Assembly (NCBI GenBank): GCA_001179505.1 | Contig: CDMY01000802.1 | Location: 1 to 64,000 of the forward strand | DNA from: Vitrella brassicaformis CCMP3155 | Lineage: Eukaryota; Protista; Chromerida | Direction of reading: 5' to 3' | Length of the DNA: 64,000 nucleotides | In this document: positions 41,595 to 53,928 of the stretch, piece by piece | How positions within the stretch are numbered: the stretch's first letter is position 1 | Layout of the letters: each line of letters begins with the position of its first letter | The notes under the pieces: model-generated | The model's input: the letters and a program-made list of their open reading frames with translations, nothing else | Databases searched by the model: none | What the model was told of the DNA's origin: nothing | Made by a program: the position numbers and the translations under genes

Positions 41595-44500
41595 ATGGAA
41601 CCCAACAGGAGCCGGTGGCAGCAGCACGCGGGGAATCCCTTCCAGCATCAACAGCATCAACAGCATCAACAGGAGAATGCTATGCACATTAATGGCTCCT
41701 TCCAGCAGCAACACAATCATCGTTACAGCCACGCGAGGCCACAGCAGCCACAGCCATATGGCGGCTTCGCTCCCCCAGGACCGCCGCAACACAACCAACA
41801 GCACACCCAGGTGCAGACACAGACACACACACACACGCACAGTCACATTCGATTCCCTGACACACGTGTTTGTCCTCTGTTGTGTGTGTGTCGTGCGTGC
41901 GCAGGCGGTTGGCTTCGCCCCCTCTGGCTACACAATGACCGCACACAGCATCATGCAGCCGCCGATGACGGCACCCGGCCCGCCACTCATGGCATTTCCA
42001 CCTCCACCACCGCCACCCCCTCCCCCACCCCCACCTCCTCCCCCACAGGTGCCAGTGATGCACACCACCGACGCACAGCGGCGAGCCCATCCCAATGTGA
42101 CGCCGCACAAGAGCAAGAGTAGGAGTAGGAGTAGGAGCAGAAGTAGAAGCGGATCGTATGAGGTGGGCACATCCCATAAACTTGTCCATGTGTGTGAGTG
42201 TGTCATGCCAATTGTGTGCAGCGCGTGTCGCGTCGATCGCCGTCGTATGAGCCTATGAGGAGAGGGGCCGACCGAAGGTGTGTGTTTATGCGTGTGGGAA
42301 TGCATCCCTGTGCACCGCACCCATCCATGTGTGAATATGTGCAGGCAATCCCGGTCTCGCTCCTCTGACCGCCGCACACAAGACGACAGACGCATGAGTG
42401 GGTACCCCCTCTGCCCCTTTGCCCTCCCACACACACATTATGAGGCCCATGAATGTGTGTGTGTTCGTGTCAGCCCCCTCCCCCAGTGAGCCAGCAGCAG
42501 CGGCAGCGTCGGCGGACACCGAAGATGACGACCAGGAGGACGCTGACTGGGGACCCAGGGAGGGTAATACAGGCCCGTACACATGGCGTCTGGATGGATG
42601 GATGGATGGCTGAATGCAGGTGTGCATTTCGACCGGTTCGACGCCCAGTCAGCCACAGTCGATACCCGGGGCGGCCCCGAGGCGCCCAAAGCCGTCACGG
42701 CTTTCAGAGACGATGACGCCTTTAGGTGGGTGGGTGTGAACGTGTGTGTGCACACATGAGGTTGGCTGTGTGTGTGTATGGTGGGTGCAGGGAGTGTGTG
42801 GGCGGTGTGGTGTGCGAGGCCATTCTGTCTCGGGGGTTCCAGCGGCCGACGCCCATTCAGAAAGTGGCCATGCCCATCATAGCAGGTGCACACAGACACG
42901 CAGACACACACATATAAGTATACGTGTGTGTGTCTGTGTCTGATCAGCGCGCCGCGATTTGTTGGCTTCGGCCGAGACGGGCAGCGGCAAGACGATGGCA
43001 TTCCTGGCGCCACTGCTGGTATTGTGCTGCCCACACACACGTGTGTATATGTGTATCTATGTCTATGTCCATGTGTATGTGTATGTGTGTGTATGTGTGT
43101 GTATCTATGTGTATGTGTGTGCAAGGGGAATGTGCTCAAGGATGGTCCCGTGTTCAGGCCATACTTTGCCGGCAAGGCCGCACAGGCACGTCCACACATG
43201 CAAGCGTCCCCACACACACATGAATGTGTTGGTGATCCTCTCGCGCTCTCTCTGTCTTTGTGTGTGCGCAGGCGTCCCCACTGCTGCTGATTCTCGTGCC
43301 GACACGAGAGCTGGCCGTGCAAATCAGCGACCAGGTGACTTGTGTGTGTGCATGTGCCTAAGTGTGTGTGGATGTGTGTGTGCGTGTGCAGGTGAGAGAT
43401 CTGCTGGCCAAGACCGACGTGACGCACATGGCGGTGTACGGCGGGGAGACTACCAGTGAACAAGTGCGTCTATTGGATGCCTTCACACACACACACACAC
43501 ATAGACACACACACACATAGACACACACAGAGAGAGAGAGAGAGATGTCGATATGTATTTGTCTGTGTGTGGGTACGCGCAGGTGTCGGTTATCAATCGC
43601 ACTCAGATTGACGTCATGGTCGCCACACCGGGCAGACTGCTCGTAAGCCATCTATACACCCCCCGCCCCCCCGCCCCCCCCCCACACACACAGGTGCGTG
43701 TGTCGACATGGATGTGTGTGTGTAGGATTTGATCGACAGCCCGAAGGTGTCTCTGATGTTTGTGCGCTCCCTGGCCATCGACGAGGCCGACGTCATGCTC
43801 TCCATGGGATTCGACGAACAGGCACGCCCTGCACACACCAACCCCCACACACATGGATGGATGGACGGATGTGTGTGTGTGTGGTGTGCGCAGGTGTCAG
43901 CCGTGCTGCATGGCCGCGATCTGCCTGAGAAAGACGTCAGGCAAACCGTACTCTTCAGCGCCACTTACCAGGCATGTTTGTATGCACGTTTGTCCATTTC
44001 TGTCTAAGTGTACGCTGGGTGGATGCATGTGTGTGCCGGGTGTGTGTGGTGCAGGAAGCCGTCTTGTCTCTCGCAAAGGAGGTGCTGAAGGATGACTACG
44101 TCTGCATACAGATCGGCCAGCCGAGCGGCACCACAGACACCATCAAACAGGCACGCACACACACGGGGAGAGAGAGAATGACGCGCACATATCCCTCTGT
44201 CTGTCTGTGGTCAGTACGTCCGTTGGGCTGACGAGGCCGACAAGAACCAGGCGCTGCTCGACGACCTCAGAGGTGCATCCACACCCACACGTGCCCACGA
44301 ATCCACCATGAGCTACATGCACGTGTATGTGTATGTGTGTGTGTACAGGTCTGTCTGGCCGCATCATCATCTTCACCGGCAAGCGCACCACCACCGACAC
44401 TGTCACAAGGTGCGTGTGATGCATTTCTGTACTACAACGCCTCCGATCCACCCATACGCAGATCGATGTGTATGTGTATGTGTGTGTCAGTCTGCTGGCG

Positions 44501-45901
44501 CGGAATGGCTACGAATCGCTCGCACTGCACGGCAAACAAAGCCAGGTCCGTTGCTCGACCCACCTTTGTAGAGGGGATGCACATGTGAATATATCGGTAT
44601 GTTTCGGTGTGTGCAGGAGGTGCGTCTCGACCGTGTCCGGGCATTCAAGCGCGATGATGGTACGCACACACACACACACACACACACAACACAGATGCAT
44701 TTGTCGCTTACGCGTACGTGCCCATTCATAAACAGGTGTGCGCATCCTGGTGGCCACGTCGCTCGCCGCTAGAGGCCTGGTAGGCAGCTGGCACGGACAT
44801 TCGCTGCACACACATATGGACCAGGCACAAGTGGACGGGCATACATGTGTTTGTGTGTGTAGGACTTCCCGTCGATCTGCTGTGTGATCAACTACGACCT
44901 GCCGCCCACAATCGACCAGTACACTCACAGAATCGGCCGCACCGGCAGAATCGGTACCTAATGGCATGTGTACTCGGCACATTTATTTGTGTACATGTGT
45001 TTTGTCTACACTCGTGTGTGTGTGTGTGTGTGTAGGCAATGACGGCTGTGCGATCAGCTACTTCAACGGCATCAACAGGGCCATCGCGCGAGACCTCATC
45101 GACAAATTCAGATCAACCAATCAGGTCACACGGACTGACCGAGACACACCGAGATGGAGAGACACACGCGTGTGTCTGTGTGTGTGTGTGTGTGGATATG
45201 CAGCCGGTCCCGTCATGGCTTGAAGAGTACGGCCACACACTCAGACGGCCCAAGGGCATCCACTATCGCTCACACGGTGCGCACACCATGCACACAAAAC
45301 AAGACGAACGCCCCTCACCCCACCCACCGTGTGTGTATGTCGGCAGGCAACAACCGCCCGATCAATGCTCCACCCCCTCCCCCGCCCCCGCCCCCGCCAC
45401 CGCCACCGTCCCCCTNNNNNNNNNNNNNNNNNNNNNNNNNNNNNNNNNNNNNNNNNNNNNNNNNNNNNNNNNNNNNNNNNNNNNNNNNNNNNNNNNNNNN
45501 NNNNNNNNNNNNNNNNNNNNNNNNNNNNNNNNNNNNNNNNNNNNNNNNNNNNNNNNNNNNNNNNNNNNNNNNNNNNNNNNNNNNNNNNNNNNNNNNNNNN
45601 NNNNNNNNNNNNNNNNNNNNNNNNNNNNNNNNNNNNNNNNNNNNNNNNNNNNNNNNNNNNNNNNNNNNNNNNNNNNNNNNNNNNNNNNNNNNNNNNNNNN
45701 NNNNNNNNNNNNNNNCCCCCTACCCTCCCCCTCCACCCAGCGGCCCTCCCCCCGACCCATCGCCATCGCCATTTCACGACGACAGACGAGCCGACGACCA
45801 CCATGACCGCAACCCAGATAGGCACGACAGAAGGTCCGTGTGTGTGCATCCATGGATGTGTCTGCTCAGCCAGTAATCTATGCAAAGCCTTGTGTATGTG
45901 T

Positions 45902-45937
<36 letters not shown>

Positions 45938-46163
45938 GTATGAGCGTTCACGCGATCGCGAGAGGCGGGACCGTAGCTTTGACGACGACAGACGGCGGTG
46001 GCGAGAAAAGGACGATAGATGGGATAGAGAGAGGGAGAGGGAGCCGCCATCTCTGTCGCATCAAGACCCCGACCTGGCGGCTCAGCTGCGGGCCGTCAAC
46101 GAGATGCACCACCACCATAGCTACGCTGCACAACACAGACAGACACCCTCAGGCTGGCGGTGA
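41595..46163 (+). CDS. DDX3: DEAD-box RNA helicase of the DDX3/Ded1 clade with Q-rich, poly-Pro and RS/RD low-complexity termini; spans an assembly gap
   Basis: [89 protein letters not shown]. The linker regions match DDX3 better than other DEAD-box clades. Confidence 0.85.
45416..45715. other. Assembly gap (300 N)
   Basis: N run flanked by C-rich tracts that read as poly-Pro. Confidence 0.99.
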
Positions 46164-46465
46164 TTGACTGACTCACGGCTGACCAATGGAAGATGGTGCA
46201 TGCATGGCGTGTTCATCTGCAGACTGACACTGTATGTGCATAGCCGTGTACACGACCTGCGAAACTGGCGCATCATACCCTTTGACGGGAAGACTGCGGG
46301 CGGCCCGGCGGCATGGGGGGGTCTTTTCCCCTCGCAGCCGTTGTGTGTTAGTGCAAGGAGTCAAAGCTGCTTCTCTCGCCAAGGTAGAGAAGAGTCACCT
46401 CCGCTTCACGTGTAGGTTCGGCTCCGTGTGACTGCCAGAAACGGCGAGAGTAGAAGGAGCACCAC

Positions 46466-48107
46466 ATGGCAGAAAACGACGATATCCTTGCCAAGTTCAA
46501 GGCGGCTGGCGTCCCTGGCAGCCTCGAGGACTTCAGGGGCAAGAACGTCTGCTTCCACGTAAGCAAAGCAAAGCAGCCGCTGTGCACTGCACTGACAGGC
46601 AAATGCGCACACACGCTTGTTGTCCTTGGTCTTTCGTCCAGGGCTCAGAGGTCATCCACGTGGTGAGAAAAGAGCAGAGCACGGCGCCCCGCAGAGCGGC
46701 AACATCTGTCGGTCTGTCTGTCTGTCTGTCTGTGGTTGTGTATGCGTGCAGGCTGCAGAGGGCAAGTGCTATCGTCGGATCATTGAGGACAAGAAAGAGC
46801 TCATGACGGTGGTGGTCAAGGCCTGCAACCGACTCACCATGTTCATGGACAAATTCCGCATCAAGCCGGTGGGGAAGCGAGTCGAGTCAACCCATTCTTC
46901 AACACACACACAGAGCCAACCTTTCGACTATATATGTATGATGCCTTCGTGTGCAGTCGGTCGTGTTTGAGAGCGAGTTTGAGAAGCCAGGCACCCGCGA
47001 TGTCTGCTCAGTGTCCACGCGCTGCCGCGGGAACGGTGCCGTGTTCGCTGCACAGCTGGCCATCGCGGAGCACATCATGAAGGTACCACACACAGATGGC
47101 ACGCACACACACAGAGAGAGAGAGAGACGCATTGGTGTGTGTGTGTGTGTGTGTGCGTGTGTATGTATGCGTTGCCGTGTTGCAGTCGTTGGACGCCCTG
47201 AGGATCCCCCACATGAAGGCAGGGGGGACTGCCAGCCATCAGTGCTGCTACATTGCGGTCGGTTCGGTGGGCGATGCATGACACATCAATCAGCGCACCT
47301 GATGGACGGATGGATGGATAGATGTGGGCATGCGTGTGTGTCGATATCTGCAGGAGAGTGCATCTTACCCCGTTCGCGCATCTCTGGTGGTCGGCAGGCA
47401 CTACGACCTCTGTTACCTGTGCCCCCAGGTGTCAAGCAAGAGCACACAGACAGACGAGTACACAGCCCCTGTTGCTTTGCTGCCTCCGTGTGTGCGCCAA
47501 AAGGTCATGTTGGACCTTGGTGACGACGGCAGGGGCCTGCTGGTGGAGCGCGGGAGGCTTCTGCAGCACATGGGGCTCGACAACCAAGGTCAGACAGATG
47601 CAACACACACAAACACACAGTGTGGCTGAGTGCCCTTTTTGCCTGTATGTGTGGACCACACACAGATGCGTTGAGTTTGGTGGTGGCCGCTGCAGAGGCG
47701 CCGCCGCGCAAGTCCAACCTGACGAGTGCCCAGCTGCTGGACATCGTCACGCCCATCGCCAGACAGCTGACGGAGGCACAGAAGGCGCCTGCGTCATCGG
47801 CACACGAGGAGTGGATACTCCGCGAGCGGAGAGGGCCCGACATGTGCATCGTCGACAAGGAGGGATCGGTCAGCTAACCACACGGCCGCTCTACAAATCC
47901 AATGCATATGGCGTCTGTCCTCTGTGTGTGTGTGTGTGTGTGTCGTGTGTGTGTGTCCTTGCCCGCCTCCCTACCTCCCTCTCTGCTTATGGACAGGTCA
48001 AGGCTGCTCTGACTGCACGTGGGTATAAGGGTTTCAATGACCAGTGGGTGCGAGGGCTGGTCGTACGCACACTCTTTGCGGCTCATGCCGCTGTCAGGCG
48101 CATCTGA
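46466..48107 (+). CDS. Multi-exon hypothetical protein
   Basis: MAENDDILAKFKAAGVPGSLEDF, CYRRIIEDKKELMTVVVKACNRL, VVFESEFEKPG, VRASLVVGRHYDLCYLCP, VKAALTARGYKGFNDQW, all between GT-AG introns. Family not recognised. Confidence 0.6.
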
Positions 48108-48310
48108 AGCGACAGATAGACTCACAGGGGGACGCATCGGCACCGGGGGGTGAGACGAACCGGCCCGTTGAGGCGTAGTTTACATAGCTCCTGGCGAGTT
48201 TAGAAAGGAATTGGATGAACAGCTTTTTCTGTGGGTACTCGTTTACTGGTCACTGCATGACTCTCAGGCTGCATGCCCACTGCTCATGCGCACGAAGGTA
48301 TTTGTTCTAG

Positions 48311-48352
<42 letters not shown>

Positions 48353-49001
48353 GATGGACAGAAGGTGACTGTACGAGTGCATGTCTGTGGCAGCTGGCTG
48401 GCTATGTGTTGGGAGACAGGTACGGATGTGTGTATGTGTGTGTGTGTATGCAAGGTGTTCATTGCTGTCTTTCATTTCATGCTTCTGACCGACAAGACGA
48501 ACAGACAGCAAGTCTGGGTGGGGGGATGGATGAGTGGATGGAAGTGTGCGGCTCATCCACCGGCCGCGACTGCGTACACTCTAGATGAGTCAGGCACTTC
48601 GATAAAGCGTAAAGCTCATGGCAATGAACTCAACCAAGGAAGGGTCGCAGCTGTGGGGTCGCAGTGCAAGCTCGCAACGATGAGTGACCCTTCCTTCCGC
48701 TTCTCCCAACGACGACAAAGCACGGCACTGCAAAGGCCCTCATTGAGGCGCCAAATGCTTCTGAGATGATATCGATCACTTTGCACCGCTCATCATCTCC
48801 TCTTGCGACGCTACCCCGACTCATGGAGGTCCATTGAGGTGCGCTGAGAGCAAAACTGTGTGTGTGCATCACCAAGCGATGACAGTGCCTGTGATTGCGT
48901 TGTGTTCTATGGGTTGTGTGTGTGTGTGTGCGGCAGGAGTGACCCAGGGAGGAGAGCGAGGTTCTTGGCTTTTATTATTCGGCAGAAGACCTTCTGTGTC
49001 G

Positions 49002-49722
49002 ATGATGATGCACTCGGCCGCCAACGATTCAGAAGAGCGTGAGCTCCTGAGCCCATCCACCACGGCAGCTGGAACCACAGACTGTGAGCTGGACTGCGGC
49101 GCTTCTTCTCGCGATGAAGACTCTGGAAAGCAGCAGCTGCAGCGGCACAAGTCAGCACTCGTGTGGTTCGGTTCCCTCACGGCCGCCTTTCTGCTCGGCA
49201 TGGCTTTCATGAGCGGGGTGGATTGGTTACGGAGGCCAGCAGATAGCCCACCCCCACGGCAATCATGGCAACGAGAGGGCTACACAAGGGCTGTTCCCTC
49301 ATTGAAGATGAGGCAGCATCACCCGTCAGCAGCAGCAGCAGCAGCAGCAGCAGGAGGAGGACCATCAGTAGGCCATCTTTACTACTTCATTCAGCTGACT
49401 GACATCCACCTGGACCCCCTCTATGACCCACACACCCCACCCCAGCAGTACTGCCGCACACGGCAGCAGCAGGTGATCCCAGACAATGCGTCATCGTCTT
49501 ATGTGTGGCCGTTTGTGGCTGCCTTCGGCCGCTACGGATGCGACAGCCCGATGCCGCTGCTGGAGAGCGTCTTGGCCGATGCGCGGGAGAGGTGGCCGTC
49601 GCCTGCATTTGTGATCGTCAGCGGTGATAGTGCTGCTCACTCTCTTGGGAAAGAACACAGGTGCACACAAAGCGAATTCACGTTGGTACGTATTGTAAGT
49701 GCGCATTTGCTCGCGTGATGTG

Positions 49723-49754
<32 letters not shown>

Positions 49755-51299
49755 GCAGGCTGCTGTCGATCTCTCGCGTGACTGACTTGGTGCGGAGGAG
49801 CTTTCCCAACACGACGATTGTGTGGGTGCTGGGCAATGACGACTGCTACGACAACTACAAGCTGCCACTTCCTGCATACAAGTGGACTCATGAGCTGTGG
49901 CGAATATGGGAAGCCGATATGCCGAATGATGATCACACACGACAGGTGCACATGGAAATGGGGGTGTATGTCTGATGTCATGTCGATTCGATGTGTGTGT
50001 CCAGGGGTTCCTGAGGGGTGCGTATTACTCGGTCGATGTGGCTGTGGGTGTGGGTCCGTCATCCCGCCGTGTGCGCGTCATGAGCCTCAACACGATCTTT
50101 TACTCCAAGTACTTCGCATGGGAGTCTGCAATGGGCGACGATGCAGAGTTTGACGATGACCCAGGTGCTTCAATTCACACGTGTGTTGCTGAGTGAGTGA
50201 TGCTGGCTGAATGCCGGTGGGTATCCAGTCATGATATCTGTGTGTACTCGTCTGTGTCCTTATTTCTTCTAGGTGGTCAGTTCGCATGGATGGAACACAA
50301 GCTGAAAGAAGCGGCGGTACTCGGCTTGCCGGTCAGTCAGCGAGTGACCACACCATAGCAGACCACACAAGAAAGTCTGCAGACGTCCGTCCGTCGTCAT
50401 GTGTGTGTAGGTGATTATGGCCTTGCACATCCCTATGGGATTCGCCCTCTCCCAGATCAGCGGCAAATTCACCAGCGAGAAGGAGTGGCACCAGCACTAT
50501 GCTGACAGGTAGACACGTACATACATAAGACACACATGCACTGTCTCTCTGGCTGTGTCTGTGTGTTGCCCATACACACATAGGTTCCTGCGTATCGTAT
50601 CGGCCCACAACATGACGATCCTCGCATTGCTGGCCGGCCACCTGCACAAGGACATCACCTCTCTCTACCCCAATCCCCCTGTGCCCATGTACACGGCCCC
50701 CTCTGTGTCGCCCGTCTACACCAACAACCCCTCCTACAGAGTCTTCCCCTTTCGCACAAACATGCCCAGCCAAATCGGCATTCGTGACATGCACACCTAT
50801 GTGGCGCCACTCTATGGCACAGTCGACGCCCTGGGCACGTTCGGGCAGTCATTGCAATGGCAGAGAGAGTACTCATTCACGGTAAGCGACTATATGAGCA
50901 AGAGAGCGGTGATCTTGACGCCGTGCTGTGTGTGTGCGTGTGCGTGTATGTGTGTGTGTGTGTGTGTCTGTGTGTGTGTATCCATTAGGAGGCGTATGGT
51001 GTGAGGGATATGAGCGTCTCATCTATCACCCGCTACATGCGGAACATATCCACCGATGCACACACATACAAGTAAGTAGTACAGATGGATGCAGCTACAG
51101 CACACGCACACATAGAAGTAGATGGACACACAGCCGGCCATCCCTCTGAACTGGTGTGTGCTTTCACTGCAGCGCGTGGCTGTCTCATCGCGACGGCGGT
51201 GTGTCGTTCCCCGCCTTCTACCAGACGTGCATCTTCACCAGCCAAGATGCCAATGCACTCGACAAATGTGTCCGAGGCAGAATAGACATTGGCGAATGA
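49002..51299 (+). CDS. Calcineurin-like metallophosphoesterase, acid sphingomyelinase-like (SMPDL3) / endopolyphosphatase Ppn1-like, with an N-terminal type II transmembrane anchor
   Basis: TM segment LVWFGSLTAAFLLGMAFM. Motifs LTDIHLD, GRYGCDSP, VSGDSAAH, VLGNDD, SLNT, GQFAWM, HIP.G, AGHLHKD, APSVSPVYTNNPSYRVF. Cys-containing tail ends ...KCVRGRIDIGE*. Confidence 0.9.
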
Positions 51300-51335
51300 T
51301 GCAGACAGACGGGGGCGTGTGTGTGTGTGTTGACG

Positions 51336-51555
51336 GATGAGGGGACTTTTGTCGTCAGGGAAAAACAGAGGTCACATCGATGCGTGTGATCGGAGTGACT
51401 GTGTGTGTGTGTGTGTCACTCATGCAAAGGCGAGGCCCGAAGGGCCGAGCCGAGCGAAACCTGCCTCGTCTGTGTCTGTCTAAGTATGTGTGTGTGTGCG
51501 TTGATGAGGGGACTTTTGTCATTAGGGAAAGAGGTCACATCGATGCGTGTGATCG
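51336..51555. repeat. ~55-bp imperfect direct repeat
   Basis: GATGAGGGGACTTTTGTC...GAGGTCACATCGATGCGTGTGATCG at 51336-51392 and 51503-51555. Confidence 0.8.
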
Positions 51556-51671
51556 ATCCACTTTGGCGTGTCTGCGTCACTCTCATTCGCCATACATACG
51601 GCCAGAGAGGAAGTCAGTCTTTTTTGACAACTCGTACCTTAAAGCTATTCTCAAGTCGTGTTTGCCTCGAT

Positions 51672-53670
51672 TTCGCCGTAAATGGCGGGTCCTCTCCCTG
51701 CCAGTGTGGCGGATCAGATCTCAGAGAGGATGCGAGATGAAATTTCCCTCCTTCGTCGGGCTGGCGGGACTCGCGTTCGCGAAACGAAATGCATGCAAAG
51801 CCCCCAAGCCTTCGATCAGCCGCTGCCCCTGCTCCTGCTCTGAAGCTCTTTTCCACACCTCTCCCTCTCTCTTTGACCTCTCAAATCGTCTCCTCACCCG
51901 GCAAGGTTTTTGCAGGGCGGCAGTCCCCCGGCTGCACCTTGCCCGTGTTTCTGTCGTCATCGTCAAGATGCCCGCCATGCCCGAGGAGCTTGGTGAGGGC
52001 GCCGCCGTCGGTGCCGAGTGCATTGTGGGGCTGGTGACCATCATCATCACGAGTTGCCCACACACAAGGGTACAGCTACACCAGCCCCAGTGCATCTGAG
52101 ACACGACTGGCCGTCTGTGGGTTCTCGAATGCATGTGCGGTGGCTGATGCATTGGATGTGTTTATGCAGACGGCCAACGAATGGCTGCGGGGAAAGATCT
52201 GGCGAAAGGTCAAGTACAACCCCAACATGCGGTATGGGGGGAGAGGACCTTGTGATGCATTCACGCATGTTTGCGTTGCCCGCATTGACTTATCCATTTC
52301 TTCCGCATGATGAATGCAGCAAAAGCATCACGCCGCGCTTCATCGCCGACTGCATCACCACCACCATCATCACCTACCTGGGCGTGGGCACGGTGCTGGA
52401 CGCATTTTGCGGTGTCGGCGGCCAGACCGCCTCGCTGTTGGCTGCGGGCCTGACGGTCTATGCGTGCGACATCGACGCCGCCAATGTCGAACACACCAAA
52501 CATAACGCCAGTGCCCACGGTTCGAACATCGGCAGGAGCACGGCAATGGGTGGCGCATGTCACGACATATCCATATGCAATATTGCTGCCAAATTGCTGC
52601 GTTGTGTGTGTGCAGGGGTGGGAGTCCTCGAGCGCCTCTTCATACGCTGCGGCGACTACTTCAAGAGGGTGGCCAAGCTGGCAGCCCGGTGGGCCAGGGA
52701 GGGCACGAAGTTCGCGGCCATCCATTTCGACATGCCATGGGGCCAAGAGTACAGCAGCGAGACATAATGCCTCGACAAAATGGGCGATGGCAGCATGGTA
52801 CGCGATGGCTGAGGCGCCGTATGTGTGTCAGATGATTTGTATCGTCCATTTTTTTTTTTTTTTTTTTTTTTTTGCGTGCAGATGAAGTTGGCTGACTACC
52901 TACATCGCCTTAAGGGCCTGACGGGCGAGGCACAGATGCCTCTCGTTGAGGTGTTCATGAGCGGCGACAAGACGCACATGGCCGTCATCTACATGGGAGA
53001 CATCGCCGCCAAGTAACACACACAGACAGACAGGGACATAATGCAGCGGCCGCACTGATGTGTGTGTGTATCTCAGGCGATTGACAGACACCCCCCCCGC
53101 CGCCCGCGTCCGCGACCTCACGGGCACGGTGCTGACCGTCGAGGAGTGCGCCAGCAGCATGAGGGCCCAGGCCAAGGGAGTCGGCTGCGCCAAGGTGCAG
53201 TTCCAGGCCCGCGCCTAAGCGCGAGACATATCTAGAAGCGTGCCCCACTTGCTAATGCGAGTGGCGGCAAGACAGACAAACTGTCGGCGGTAGCTAGCGC
53301 GGCGGCAGCGGGACGGACAGACAGTGTGCATGTGTGTGTGCAAGTCTGTGTATGCGATTGACTGGCATTTTCTGAAGGACAAGACTTTATTGACATCTGT
53401 GCATATCTCTGGGCCACAGCCAAAGGAAAGAGTCGGCAGTAATTGTGTACGGGCCAACTCATTCAACGCATTCATGTCTGGTTCGGTACCAAAGATGACA
53501 TAGAAATCAGTACACACACCACACACCCCACCGCAACCACACACACAGAGGTGTGGTCCACACATGGTGACCCAACCACACCGATTCACTCGCTGCCGCC
53601 ACCAACGACGCCTTGCTATGACACCATTGCAGCGATTTTACCTGTCGACCACACGCAAGGTCATCTACTC
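51672..53670 (+). repeat. ~2.0-kb segmental duplication, copy B (inverted relative to 34210-36365)
   Basis: Reverse-complement match to copy A, with local indels. Confidence 0.92.
51968..53218 (+). pseudogene. TGS1: TGS1-like methyltransferase, broken copy
   Basis: ACA TAA TGC (stop at ~52765-52767) where copy A has ACC TAC TGC. A ~200-bp deletion removes the exon DLQSAFNVLNVAASLADSFIVKCPKNVLIADV. Confidence 0.8.
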
Positions 53671-53928
53671 AATCGCAGAGAGACACACATCATAGCAGGA
53701 GAGCGATAAACCCGCAGGTCCAGCCACCGCACAGACACCTTCACTGATTGATGAATAAATACGCCAACACGCGCACACACGCGCACACACACACGTGCAC
53801 CAGCAGTTACAGTGAGATGAGAGGCAGACAGACAGGCAGGGGCCCAGAGAGGACGGTACAGATAAATGGAACGCACCCACTTATGTCAGTGCAGCACGAT
53901 AGAGACAAATATCTCCCTCCCTCCCTAC

